A DNA stretch of 64,000 nt from Octopus sinensis (Eukaryota). The stretch spans positions 42,284,001-42,348,000 of the forward strand of contig NC_043001.1 in assembly GCF_006345805.1 (NCBI RefSeq), given 5' to 3'. How positions within the stretch are numbered: position 1 is the stretch's first letter; each line of letters starts with the position of its first letter. The position numbers were made by a program, and so were the translations under genes. Below, in pieces: positions 51,266 through 63,900 of the stretch. The notes under the pieces were generated by a model. The model saw only the letters and a program-made list of their open reading frames with translations. It did no database searches and was not told where the DNA came from.

Positions 51266-52360
51266 TCTACTGTAATAATACTCTAGTGGAGGCACATGGC
51301 CTAGTGGTTAGAGCAGCGGACTCGTAGTTGAGGGATCGCAGGTTTGAATCTTGGACCAGGCAATGTGTGTGTTTATGAGCGAGACACTTAAGCTCCACGC
51401 AGCTCCGGCAGAAGGTAATTTGCAAACTTCTGACTCTTTCGCCACAGCTTTCTCTCACTTTTTCCTCCTGTATCTTGCAGCTCACCTGCAATGGACCGGC
51501 ATGGCTCGAGAAGGAACAAACAATAATACTCTTGTGTATTTCTCTGTCACAAGGAAGGGGTGATAGATGAATAAGGAAGGAAGGGGTGATGGCAAACTTG
51601 GTAGTAGGATGATGGAAGTTCTATGATGAAAAAAAAATCAAAAGCGTTTCAGCTCTGCATGAGTATATGTGTATGTAATTAAAAGGGAGTCATGTGAATG
51701 TGTGTGTGTGTGTGTGCAATAGAAGTTGGATGGTGAACATTCAACACTGAAAAGAAAAATCAAACAGAATTTCAACTCTGCGTGAGTATATGCGTGTATG
51801 TGAGTGCATGTACAAGGGAAGTATGTAAATATTTGTATATGAGATTATTTTGTACCTTATTTATATATAAAGTACTACAATTAGACATCATCCGTCACAA
51901 CATATGAATGAGAAAGGAAGGGGTGGTAGATGAATAAAGAAGGAAGGGGTGATGGCAAGGGGTAGTGGGATGATGAAATTTGTACAGTGAAAAAAAACAT
52001 CAAACACCATTTCAACTCTGTGTGCGAGTGTGTGTATGTGTGTGCAATGGAAGTGGGATGGTGAACATTCAATGTTGAAAAGAAAAATCAAACAGCGTTT
52101 CAACTCTGTGTGAGTATATGTGGAACTGAATCCAGAACCAAGCTACTAACCACACACACACCTACACAAACATATACAAACTCATTAGAGAAAATAATTA
52201 TTGCCTGAGTGTATCAAGAATATAAAAGGACTGCAGTTGAAAAGTATATTACAAATTTGGTAATAAAAGAATTATTAAACTAAAAACTTGGTTTTGTACC
52301 TTATTTATATATAAAAATACTACAATTAGTCATCATTTTTTATGGCATGGGACCAGCTAG
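51266..52360 (+). mobile_element. Family-A Helitron, internally tandem-duplicated, with filler DNA and a SINE insertion
   Basis: A|TCTACTGTAATAA start and CTAG end at 52357-52360. The subterminal tttatatataaa.tactacaattag occurs twice (about 51860 and 52305), with a head-to-tail junction near 51890. Confidence 0.7.
51285..51521 (+). mobile_element. Family-3 SINE with a perfect 11-bp TSD
   Basis: TGGCCTAGTGGTTAGAGC...GGTTTGAATC head; aataatactct at 51274-51284 and 51522-51532. Confidence 0.9.
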
Positions 52361-52912
52361 AAGAAAACAATAGCCAACACATTAAAGAATATAAATAAAA
52401 CTGACATGAAAGTAATTAAGAAAAGAAAACAAAAGAGGAAGAAAACAAAAAAGGAAATGATAATATGCTAAGAAGCTTATAAAAACTTGCCAGTGACTGA
52501 TTTTCAACAGTGGAAACACTTTAATGATCATATCACAGAAGAGTAGTGAACTAGACCAAAGTAGAACTAGACCAAATGAAGAAATAGACCAAAAGTAGTA
52601 GTATTTGTTGTTGTAGTAGTAGTAGTAGTAGTAGCAGCAGTAGTAAAACAATGCTACTGCAGTAACCTTTTATATCTACTTTTCCCTCCTAGCACAAGTT
52701 AAATTTTCTGAGGCAATATTTTATGACCAGAAGCTATTTCTGTTACTCATCCTCTAATAGCATGTTAGGACATATATTCCTATTCTTAAATCAGAAAAAG
52801 AGAAAAAAAAAATTTTTTTATGGAATTGTTAAATAGCTAAAATGATTTTTCCATGATATGATTGTTTCAGCTTCAACACACAGTTTCAGAGCAAGTCACT
52901 CGCCAAACAAGT

Positions 52913-52952
<40 letters not shown>

Positions 52953-54769
52953 TAGATAGATATATTTAGCACACATGTGACCTTTATTTGAAGGAAAAAT
53001 TAAGAATTTTATTTCAAGGAAGCAACTGTCTGAATAGTAGAACTGAAGTGTTAGCAGCTTGTAAGCATGGAGCTAGGTATCTTTTGTGTAGGTACTAACC
53101 ACCTTGGCTGTTGAACTGATTCAGGGCGGAAAAGGAAAAAAACAAAAACATTGTGATTGAAGTGTTTTCAAAGCAATTTTTGAAATCTGGCTTAAACAAC
53201 AACATAATTATATGATAGTTCTTAGAATTACCTCCCTTGTATGAGGTTTAAAAGCCGGATGCAGTGATGAAGTAAGAAATAAACATTTCAAGTATTTTCA
53301 GATTAAACAAAAAGTATGAGCTAGAAAATGCCACTTTTACATGCATGACTTGCATGAATTTTTAAAAAGCAAATGTTTTCTTGGTAGATTTCATATAATA
53401 TTTCAAAATATATTCAAACAACTAATAATTCAAGAGAAAACAAGCTTGGATTGGCAGCTGAAAGAATGGAAATGTGAAACTCAAACTACTGGCAATTATG
53501 AGCATTGGTAATAGCATAAAAAAAGAAAAAGAATGAGGATACATAAACAACAAATACATCATCCAGAACAAAGGAAAATTCCTTTCAGTGAACAGTTATA
53601 AATTTACATGAACAACAAATTTGGAAGAAATATTTCTGTTTTACCAATATTGATGATCCAATATACTATTTAGATATGGAGAGAGATTTTATAAAAAAAA
53701 TTTCTCCAGACATAATAAAACAATGATAAAAAGAAAAAATTCTACATCGTGGCAAATCCCCCCATAGTAAGAAATGAAGCAGTTAAACTTAATTATTTCC
53801 TTGCTGCTATTTCCTGTATTTTTAATTTTCTTCCTTTCAAAAATCAGAGAAACTGAGTTTCCATTCTCTTTTTTCTAGCTTATTTCCTTTTTCTTTGTTT
53901 TTACAACTCTTATTGATTCTAAACACAACTGAGAATATGTTGCTCCTATATATACATGTATGTACGAGTATTCTTTAGGTGCATGTGTGTGTGTGTATCT
54001 GTGTAGGGAGTGTATAAAATCACTCGCCAATGTTCATACATGACTACATGTACTCCACCACCTTGCACAAATGTATAGTCTTTGGCAAGTTGGGTTTTTT
54101 AGTTAGCTTGAGCTATATGAATAATGATTAGGTGTGGTGCAGATAGACTGAGGAAGCAGTTGCATAGGAAAGCTGGGATAGAGGAGGGTAAACGAAAATA
54201 TGTGCTTGTAGGGAGTGAGTTGAAAGTTATAGTGAGGAGATTTATTTTGGTTTGATGTGAATTTTATTTTGATGTGAAAATTTTGTTATTGATTAGGGTT
54301 CACTCAGGCATGGAATTCTTTGTATAGAAAGTTGGTTTTGGTTGTTTCAGGGTTCACAAAGACTGTTTGCTGATAAATCAGTTGTCACACAGCACAGGGC
54401 AGATTGAAGTTGAATTGGTGATGGTGTTGTTAGATTTCTATTATGAAATTTTAAACTGGATATTTTTGTGAGGACTGAGGAGACTATGTTGCCATGGATA
54501 TTAATTAAGATTTTCTGATTTGTTTCTAACATGGAGATTTGTATTTAAATTATGATATTGTAATCAAATGCATGCATGTAACTGCAAGATGCTATTCCTG
54601 TGAATGCTTAAGGATGTTGCATTTTTCTATAGTTATTTTTATCTATAAGGAGATACATATATATAGCAATATATAAATGTAGCAACATATATGCTTATCC
54701 GCAAAGAGATGCACATATATCTTTGCATGTATACATACTTGTATACTCAGATATTTATATTAATCCATG

Positions 54770-55280
54770 TATCCCCCAGCATAGACAAGCCATTAGTGAC
54801 TTTAGACTCCAGGCCAGAAGGATGCCAAGAATTAGACCAATGTGGAAAAGAAGAACTTGGAAGCTTAAGGACCCCTCATGTGGTCAAAGATTTAGGAGCA
54901 TCCTTATTGAGAAATTTGATGAGCGGGAGGAGCTACAAACTTGTGACATAGAGGGCAACTAGGAATTCCTGATGGACAGCTTGCTAAGTGCCACAGACCA
55001 AATCTGTGGGTGGTGCAAAGTCCCAATCAGACTTAGGGTAACGTGGTGGTGGAACATTACCATAGACATGGCCATTAGAGCATAGAAACAGACCTGGAAG
55101 AGTTGGGGTAGCAGGGAGCTGTATCGGATAGCCAGAAGGGAAGCTAGAGACAGGTATATCTAACCAAAGGAGAAGCAGAAAAGAGGAAGTTTGCCTATGT
55201 TTAGTGACGTGAGGACCAAAGAATTTAAGTGTTCCAGATTGCAAGACAGTGTGTGAAAGAAAATTGTGATTTCATGTAAC
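54770..55280 (+). mobile_element. RTE ORF2 fragment (endonuclease-to-RT linker)
   Basis: PQHRQAISDF...RRTWKLKDP...LLSATDQICGWCKVP.R.RVTWWWN..IDMAIR..KQTWK...SRELYRIARREAR. Confidence 0.8.
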
Positions 55281-55949
55281 TGGCAAGAAAAGGAGGAGAA
55301 AAATATTTTATTATTTGGAATATTAAGCTCACATTGTAGCAACTGATATTCTCTGAGAATAGTATGTCAATGGAAATGGTTACTCTTTAGTCTAAAAGAG
55401 TTTGATAAACACAAGTACAGTCTCTAGCAGACAACTCCCATGATGTTAAACAGAAAAAAAAAATATATAAATAAACCTAATATATCTAAACAAATTAAAC
55501 AATATCTTATAAAAGAAAATTGTTCCAGAATAACAACTACCAATAATCCAAAAAAAGTTAAGCATGATGTCCATCAAATGTATTTACAGCAGCAGTGAGA
55601 GTACCAATTTGTCACTGTTTAATCCCAGGTCAACTCTGACTGAATAGATATAATAAAAAGAATTTCAGGCTTGACTATCCCATCTTTTTCTGCATTTTGG
55701 CCAACACTGTGGCCTTTTTATTTTAAGGTGGTAGAGTGAGTTGAAGAACTTTGCTATTTCTAGCAGGTTGAGAGCCTATAGAGGCTTGGAAATTTGGAAC
55801 AAAAGTATAGTTTATACTCAGTACATTAACAAGAGAAGAATACTGAGTTATGCATCATTTCTTTTATTATATATATATTTAACCCTGAAGAAACTGTTGA
55901 TATTGCAAAACAACCTGGTACTCAGATGATTAAGTGGCTGGGGTTTTTA

Positions 55950-56230
55950 TCATCATCCTCATCATATAACGTCCAACTACCATGCTGGTATGGTTTGGAT
56001 GGTTTGACAGGAGTCAGCCAGGTAGAAGACTACACCAGGCAACAATGTCTGTTTTGCCATGGTTTTTATGGCTGGATGCCCTTCCTAACACAGTCCGCAG
56101 AGTGGACTGAGTGCATTTTATGTGGCACTAGCATAGGTGAGGCCAGATTTGCCATGGTTTTTACAGCTGGATGTCCTTCCAAATGCCAACTACTTTACAG
56201 CATGGACTGGATGCTTTTCATGTGGTACCA
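55950..56230 (-). mobile_element. RTE 3' tail with an internal duplication
   Basis: catcatcctcatcatataacgtcc..ggctggatgcccttcctaac; the gccatggttttta..gctggatg.ccttcc segment occurs twice. Confidence 0.75.
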
Positions 56231-59200
56231 CTTGAAGAATAGATTGATTGTATTTATCATGGTACTGGCATAAAATAAATTGTCTAAGGGAACAAACAGC
56301 TTTGAAGCCTGTAATCATTTCAGAATGGTTCATCTTAGCAGTATTGTTTATCTAGACTGGATCTTTCACCCATCAGATTTTTGTTAAGACTATCTACTAC
56401 CTATTTGTTACCTCTTCATCTATTAGTTACCCTCTAAGAGACAACATTTCAGTCATTTGTATTTTCCATCCTTTGATACTAACTGAATGATCCACATGGC
56501 CTGATATTTTACTCCTGTTTTAGAGCTTCAGGTGTCTGAGAAAAATCTCCCCATACAGAGGAAACTAATTAGCCACAGACAGCTCTTACTATATGAGGAA
56601 TTGCACTCAGTATTGTGAGCTTTATTGACTCACTTGCCAAATTAATAGAGCTCTGAAAATATTGCTAGGAGTGAGAAGTTCTCTCTCCAGTCAGTACTTA
56701 TTTGCAGTTAAGTGGCCTAGGATATTTGAAAGTGCTCTAGTCATGGACACACCAGTGTCCTCTCAAAAATGTGTACTTACATGTGCACACATTTTCAACT
56801 ACTGCACAAAGGTAAAAAAAAAAAAAGTACACACACAAGATTTCCAGAATGAAATTAAAGTTTTTTTTAATTGAAGAAATCTGAGTGGCAGTTATTCACA
56901 TGGATATATACATACTTGGCATAAAAAAAAGAGAGAAAATTTGTGTACAAGCAAATTTCTGTGCTCATCTGCTGCAAAAAGTACAAAACATTAGACAACA
57001 GTATCTGATTTGAATTTTGACAGTGTCAGTAAATGTCTAAGCTTGATGTAATGCATCTTATACCTTACCTGAAAAAATCTTTCCAGTCAAAAGAAATTTA
57101 TTAAAAAGCAAATAATTCAAGAGAGTTGAAATGGCATCTCATAACGCTCAAGTGTGTGTTGTACATACATACTCCTACATATCTTTATTTCATATTTTGC
57201 AATGTTTATAAACATATTTCATTTTGTTAATTAAAAGCCAGCAATTTATAATTCAACCATTAGAAGGTGTTTGTATCTGTCACACGATCTTTAAAAACAG
57301 GTGACAAATGTTGCATAAAGTGGACTTCTTGCAAACTGGACATTACAAGCAGATTGTTATTGTAAAGTGAGTATTGGTGAGTTCTCCTAAATGTAACCTA
57401 CATGTCTGAAGGTATGAACTTGTGGAAGATTGACTACCAGAAAAGCTGAATATCTTTGGTCAGCAAATTGAATGCCAAGGGCTAAAAAATACAAAAATCA
57501 TGGATTACAAAATCTTCATAGATTACATTTCCTCTGTTCATGTTGAATTAAGTTTAAAAAAAAAAATAGACAACTGAGAGTGCAACATGTTCACATTGTT
57601 ACCCGCTATGATTGATTCATCACTACATGTCTGTTGGAATGTTCAGTATAGTTCTCAACTAAGCTGGGGTATGTAACCCCCACCTCACCCCACACTAATT
57701 AGTGGGTTGCACCAAATTGTTTGCAACTGCTTGTATGCCATAGTTTTATTCAATCACTGCTGACTTGGGGTTATGTAGCAATAACAACAACAACCATCAT
57801 ATAATATCCTCTAAAAACTGTCATTAATACTATTAAATTTTAATGAAATTTTGTTGGAATTCTTTTATAAAAATTTATGAAAAAAATAAGAGCATATATT
57901 CTGATTACTGTATATCTTAATTTAATACACAACATTTCATACTGAAGCCTTTCTTTATTACCACAGAAAAAATGTGGACCACTGGTCCAAATACTTCTGC
58001 ACATTTATAGCAGTTCTGTAAAAACTAAGAACTTCTTTATTTCATTTATCACATCACACAATACCTTATTATCTACATTTCATCAGTGGGGATCATATTT
58101 AACTATTGATATACTACATTCTTCATGGTCTCTCATGATTATTAGGATTTTATGGTTGAATAATATAAATAAAGTATATATATTAATAGTAAATTTGAAT
58201 TATTGTACAAAATTGATATAATAGAAGAAAGAAAATTCAAAAGGAAGAGACAGAACAATAAGAAAAAAAAATGGAGGGCACATGTTGTAACTGTTACAAA
58301 TTTTAAATCGTATCTAAAAGCAGTTTTATTTATTTGGTATATTAATCTGTACTTGCATAAACAAGGTTTCATATTTTAGTGGTTAAAGTATCCAAATTTA
58401 AAAACTTAGCAGATTTTGAAACATTAATGGTTAGATATATCAGCATCTTGGACCAGTAACTGTACAGATTCAAGTTTGAAGAAAAACATATCTGATGAAT
58501 TTATTTTAGCCATCTGAATTCATAAAGTCAATCCAATCTGGAATGGTTAACAAAAGTGATGGTAATTCAGGTGTAAATGGTTCAGTGATTACATGTTTCA
58601 AAATTGTCCAAACAACACTAGACAATATGTAGCAAGTCATTATTAATGGAAGTTGTATACTATGAATTTACACAGCCTTATTGTATTCTAAATTTGATTT
58701 AATTTTATAAAGCTTATAAGACGAAGAACCACTGGGGGAGATATAGTGAAGTCAGAATGACATATTCAAGATTGAATGCTTTTGGAAAAGAAAGGAGTAG
58801 AGTATTTGGTAAACAAATGAATCTCAAATGCTATAAGAATTAGTTAATTTGTGTTCAAAGAGCTAGCAATTGTGCAGACACCTCAAGTTTAATTTCCACA
58901 AACCATTTGACCAGAATAAATCTAATACATTTAACTGGCTTGACTATTGCTGATTTAATGTTTGCACCAAAAGTGGAAAATTAATAAGAGAACTATCCCC
59001 CTTCTTATAGCCTTCTACACTTATTTAATCTTGTGAACAGCTTTTATTTACTCAAAGGTATGTTATTTTTCTTCAATAAATTAAATGCATTCTTGAAATC
59101 TAAATAGAAATTAATTTTGTCTATTTGGGTTATGATGTCCTGAGCATTTGAAGAAAAATAAAAGTTAATGAGGTAGCAAAATTAATAGATACTATATAAT

Positions 59201-59314
59201 AATCCTAAATGAAATTACACACATCTGGAATTACCTTTATTAATTTTTGACTACTGTTTGATATAAATGACATCACCAGTGAAAGATGTAAAAAAATGTG
59301 AATAATGTAGGTTC

Positions 59315-59460
59315 AGGTGGTAAGAAGTTTCCTTCTCAACCACATGGTACTGGTTCAGTCTCACAGTGTGGCATCATAGGTATGTATCTTTTACTACAGC
59401 CTCAGGCTGACCAAAGCTATGTGAGTAGATTTGGTAGACAGAAATTGAAAAAACCCTCTC
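59315..59460 (+). mobile_element. Family-2 SINE head
   Basis: gtggtaagaagtttccttctcaaccacatgg..ggttcagtctcac..gatttggtagacagaaattgaa. Confidence 0.75.
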
Positions 59461-59501
59461 ATTCATCTGTCTGTTTGTGTTTCTCTCTATGTCTCTCTTT
59501 C

Positions 59502-60060
59502 TCCCATTGAAGAGGCTATGGCAAAAGCCAAATCTGAACAATTAGTCTGGGAATATCTCAACTGCTGCTTTTCAGGTAATTACGGTCCCTGTCAGCATGT
59601 ATGTATACAATTATGTGCTTTAACTGCAGCATTAGAGTATTTAGCTCTTATTTCTAGCAATGTAGGTGTCTATAACACCCTCAGTCATATTTAATGACAG
59701 TTATAGTTCTTGTTGGTACACATCTACTAAATGAATTATTTGTATACACATTAGTGACTCACTAAATCATCCATAGATTTCTATGGTGTAGAAGTGATTG
59801 TCGTCCAAAATCTGCAGAGTCAGGTCAATCCCACTGAAGAGACTACAGTGAAAGCTGAAACTGACCGATCAGTCTGGGAATATCTCGACTGCTGCTTTTT
59901 GGGCAATTACGGTTCCTGTCAGCATGTATGTATACAATTATGTGCTTTGACTGCAACATTAGAGTGTTTAGCTCTTATTTCTAGCAATGTAGGTGTTTAT
60001 AACACCCTCAGTCATGTACACATTTGCTTACTGCTGCTTAAATAAATTATCTATACAACC
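59502..60060 (+). mobile_element. Tandem type I hammerhead repeat, non-LTR retrozyme-like (327-nt monomer)
   Basis: Direct repeat with period 327 (59544-59688 vs 59871-60015, about 90% identical by eye). Each junction carries an HHR: TCCCA-CTGAAGA-GACT-ACAGTGAA-AGCT-GAAA-CTGA-CCGA-TCAG-TC/TGGGA (59829-59879) and a decayed copy at 59502-59552. Confidence 0.8.
59814..59895 (+). ncRNA. Type I hammerhead ribozyme with an extended helix I
   Basis: Full core CUGAAGA/GAAA, 5-bp helix III with a tetraloop, GUC triplet (cleavage after 59874), 5-bp helix I, and distal pairing gcag-agtcagg with ctcgactgctgc. Stem II carries one G-U and one mismatch. Confidence 0.8.
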
Positions 60061-60370
60061 GTCCACCATGTTTGTTTTTGTTTGGCTTGTATGTCTCTAC
60101 TGACCTGTTTTTGTTACCAACTTTGACCCACCGCTAATCCCAAATTTTATTTTGGTTTGTGGGAGCAACTATTTTTCGAAGCCTCATATTGTTGTTAATT
60201 GCTCGAAATGAGTAGTAGATGGACAGCCGACAACTGATGAAGGGTCGTTTTTTTATGTTACTTGTCTTGTTTTCCATTTGTTTCTCTTGTTTGCATACCA
60301 AAATTGTCTTCATATTTCATGTTGGTTACTTTTTGTGACGTCCTGTACCCATATATGCATATATATAAAT
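60060..60370 (+). mobile_element. Possible Penelope pseudo-LTR-like relic
   Basis: ctcgaaa...ctgatgaaggg followed by a T-rich tract ending in (TA)n; similar in style to the tail next to the 12.8-kb HHR. Confidence 0.35.
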
Positions 60371-60479
60371 ATATATACATATATGTATACACGCATATAT
60401 ATATTATTTATATTATTTTATGATTGAACACCATGCATCCATTTCCAAGTAAGTTCATCTATCTATATATATATACATG

Positions 60480-60695
60480 TGTGTTTGTGTCTGTTTTCCC
60501 CCACCACCACCACCACCACTCTTGACAACCAATATTGATGTGTTTACATCCCCTTAACTTAGTGGTTCAGTAAAAGAGACCAATAAAATAAGTATCAGGC
60601 TTTAAAAATAAAGTACTGGGGATGATTCATTTGACTAAAAGTTCTTCAGGGCAGTGCCCTAACATGGCTACAGTCTAATGACTGAAACAGAAGGA
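60480..60695 (+). mobile_element. Family-2 SINE 3' part
   Basis: cttgacaacc..gtgtttacatcccc.taacttagtggttcag.aaaagagacc..atggctacagtctaatgactgaaaca. Confidence 0.8.
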
Positions 60696-61659
60696 TAATA
60701 ACATCTGTAGTTTAATTGGAAGTATATTTACAACATTCCAATCATTTCATTTACATAATTTTCTGACTGCTACTATAAATATTGTTTTCAATGAGTTTGC
60801 TTGCTGGTGGTAGAATTAACCATATATACACATATATATAAAGACTGTCAACTAGGATTGGATTGCTAAATATAACAGCAAGATCACGAATTAATAATAT
60901 CAATGGACACTATTGATAATATGCAACACACCTTTATCCTTCTCACTAATTGTGTCACTCCCCCACACAGATACACAGACAAGTGTACATGTGCATACTT
61001 GACAGATGCTTACATACAAGTAGCCATTTTGCTTAAGTTCAGTTGCTATTGTCACGACTTTGAGTTCAGCATGAATTGTTATTTGACTCTGTCATTTAAC
61101 CCTTTAACGTTTAAACTGGTCATATCAGCCCCAAATATTCTACTTATTTTATGTTCAAACTGACCAGATCTGGCCTTTTACACTTATCCTACAATGTCAT
61201 TCTAAAAATAAACCATCAAACCAGTGAAACTTCAAAGTTATGAGATAATGGATGATTACTTCAAAATAATGTGAATAGATAAGCATTATGTTTGGTACAG
61301 TAATCTGAATGCAAAAGACAGAGACCTGGCAAAATCATATGGCTGTTCCAGTGACTATTTTCAGCCTATTAGACTGTTTACTTTTGCATTTTTTTTCTTT
61401 TTCAAACAACTTCTGGAGCCCATTTTACTAAATATTAAGAACTATTTTTGATTAAAAATTAGATTCCGTCATTCATTGGGAAATTTTCTGAAGTATATAA
61501 GTCTGATTCTCACAAGCAATACACACTTTAGCATGAGCACTTTAAGTACTTTAATCATGGGATTGTATCGATAATGTAACTTTTAATTCTACTTAGTGCC
61601 TGGCTGTACTCAAGAAGCCATACTCTACAGCAGAAGTGTTAATTAAGACCAATCCTTCT

Positions 61660-61995
61660 GGTTGTGTAAAGCACCCAAGGCAGTGCTGTGTAAAAGCACC
61701 TGTACAGCATCATGTAAAAGCTTCTTTGTGGTGCCACGTAAAAGTGCCCATGCAGTGCCATGTAAAAACACCCATGAGCTGTCACACAAAAGCACCTGTG
61801 TGGTGGGTGTTATGAAAAAGCATCCAACAAACTCTGTAAAGTGGTTGCCATTAAGAAGAGCAGTGAGCCATAGAAACTGTGCCAAATCAGACTGGAGTCT
61901 AGTGCACTCACCCACCCACCCCTGGCTGGCCAGCTCTGGTTCCAGCATCCAACCTATGCTAGCATGGACAATGGATAGTAAATGGTGATGATACT
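61660..61995 (+). mobile_element. RTE 3' tail with a 24-nt tandem array
   Basis: (t)aaaag-centred units at 61667, 61691, 61715, 61739, 61763 and 61787; ends gctagcatggacaatgga..taaatggtgatgat. Confidence 0.8.
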
Positions 61996-63734
61996 AATAA
62001 TCAATTCAAATTGTGAATTAATTTGGCAAGAACACGTTTGAAAACACAAAAAATGTTCTGTTAATTTACTGCTAATTACATTCTGCATTATACCACAATA
62101 CTTTATGAACAATTTATCATGTGGATGAATTATCATACATTTGCCAGAAAATCCTGTTTTTGAATATACTATATATACTGGTGCTGCAGCTATATTATTA
62201 CCATACTTGCCACCTCTGAAGAGCATATGATATTAGTTAACCATGCTGTTATCTAATATAAAGTTATCTGTTACCCAGTATGAAGCCAATTGATATGATC
62301 AGCTGAAATGGTTCTACGATACTAGATAGTTCGTTTAATATACTAGTTCTGTATATATTTATAGTGTTTGCGGTAAACTGTGCTATGAATGTATGAAAAT
62401 CACTTGTCTATCTGGACTTCTGATGAAGTACCACACAGCAAGATAGATAGAGAGAAAGAGAAAGAGAGGATAAGCCTGGCCTATATATATATATATATAT
62501 ATATATGCATGCATGCATACATACTTACTCACATAAGTACGTGCATGAAAAATAGACTGTCAAGGACAAGTAAATACCCACCTAGTCATTCACATTTATT
62601 GTTTTTATAAAATTGTACTTAGTTTTGTTTTCTTTATGAGGGTGGTAAGAAAGAGATAAATTCATGCTATTATAATAATAGAAATAAGATTCTGCTACTG
62701 CAGTTATAAATATCTTGGTAGGTGTCATCTTTGACAATTCTCTCAGAACTTTTAGTGACTTAAAGCCTGCTTTAAACTGAATTGCTTGTTGGGCTATTCT
62801 TTCTTACAATTTTGAATTCTAGTAATGGAGTTGTACTATAGGTGTTTCAAACATTTAGTGGAGAGATTACCACTGCTTTCAAGATAACCAATAAAAATAG
62901 AGATCCATTTTAAAAAGTAGGTATACTTTTTATAACTGGCAAAAAAAAATACTACACATCTCAAGAATTGATTATTGCTGAGTTATCATTACATGCAGTG
63001 GCTAATATCTATTACCACTGAAGAATTTGGTAACTTACTCATGTCCCTATAACATTTCTTTAACTACGTGTGTCTGAAAGAATATTACTGGTTAACAGTA
63101 TGGCCTGTCTTATTGGTTAAGTCCTAAACAACTGTTTTCCTTTATTTGTATATGAGTATACACACATGCATATCATCATCACCATTGCTACCATAATCAT
63201 AAAATTTTGTTTCACATTCTGCTATGTGTAGGAGTCAGTGTTTGCAAAAAATAAATAAATAGAAAGGATATACATATAATATGATCAATTTGATAGCTAG
63301 ATGCCCTTCCTGTTAGGTGGCACACAAGCATATAGTAGGAGCAAAATCAGTAAGCAAGACAGATGGCTAAGAAGAATTATATATGTCACATTGAAAACAA
63401 AAAATATAACTAATTATTCTAATTCCTGAGTTGCACCTGTTTGGCAAGTGATTCAGTATGAGATTGTGATAGAGGTGTAGCTGTTGTCTATGTGTAGACT
63501 TTTCCATGCTTACATAGATGATATGAAACTTCAGTGAAGTAGATTTTCCTATGGCTTGATGCTCTAATCTCCAACCATAACCTGGTTCCATGCATGCAGG
63601 TATTTCCCCTTGTCTACCAAATAAAGAAAAGCCCAGACATGTCTTTAAGAAGGATTGTAAACAACCTCAACATTTTAAGACCAGTTTACACATCAAGACA
63701 AAAGCAATATAAACTCAGTCATGCACACATCATC

Positions 63735-63900
63735 ATTGTCATCATCAATTTAATGTCAACTTTTTCCAGGCTTGTATGGATTAAACAGAATCTTGTTGAA
63801 GCAGATTTTCTATGGCTAGATGTCCTTCCTGTCACAAACTCTCACCTATTTCCAATTAAGGTAATATTTCCCATGGCCAGACATAAACATGGATATTATT
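63735..63900 (-). mobile_element. Second RTE-related repeat family, copy 3
   Basis: catcatcaatttaatgtc..gaagcagattttctatggctagatgtccttcctgtc..aaggtaatatttcccatggccagaca. Confidence 0.7.

Noticed and set aside
46933-51521. tRNA-like heads as tRNA genes
   Set aside because: They lack a paired acceptor stem, continue into shared repeat bodies and have TSDs, so they are SINEs.
51540-52120. Regularly recurring ~40-bp motifs as a CRISPR-like array
   Set aside because: Eukaryotic context, the spacers are themselves repeated and no cas genes are present; explained by Helitron internal repeats.
54030-54540. Strand-biased tract with GGGV, possibly a LINE endonuclease
   Set aside because: One short motif only; cannot be supported without a profile search.
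61954-62226. APVYI motif as the missing KCTD1/15 N-terminal exon
   Set aside because: Not followed by DVGG or YTxS and no suitable donor; likely coincidence.
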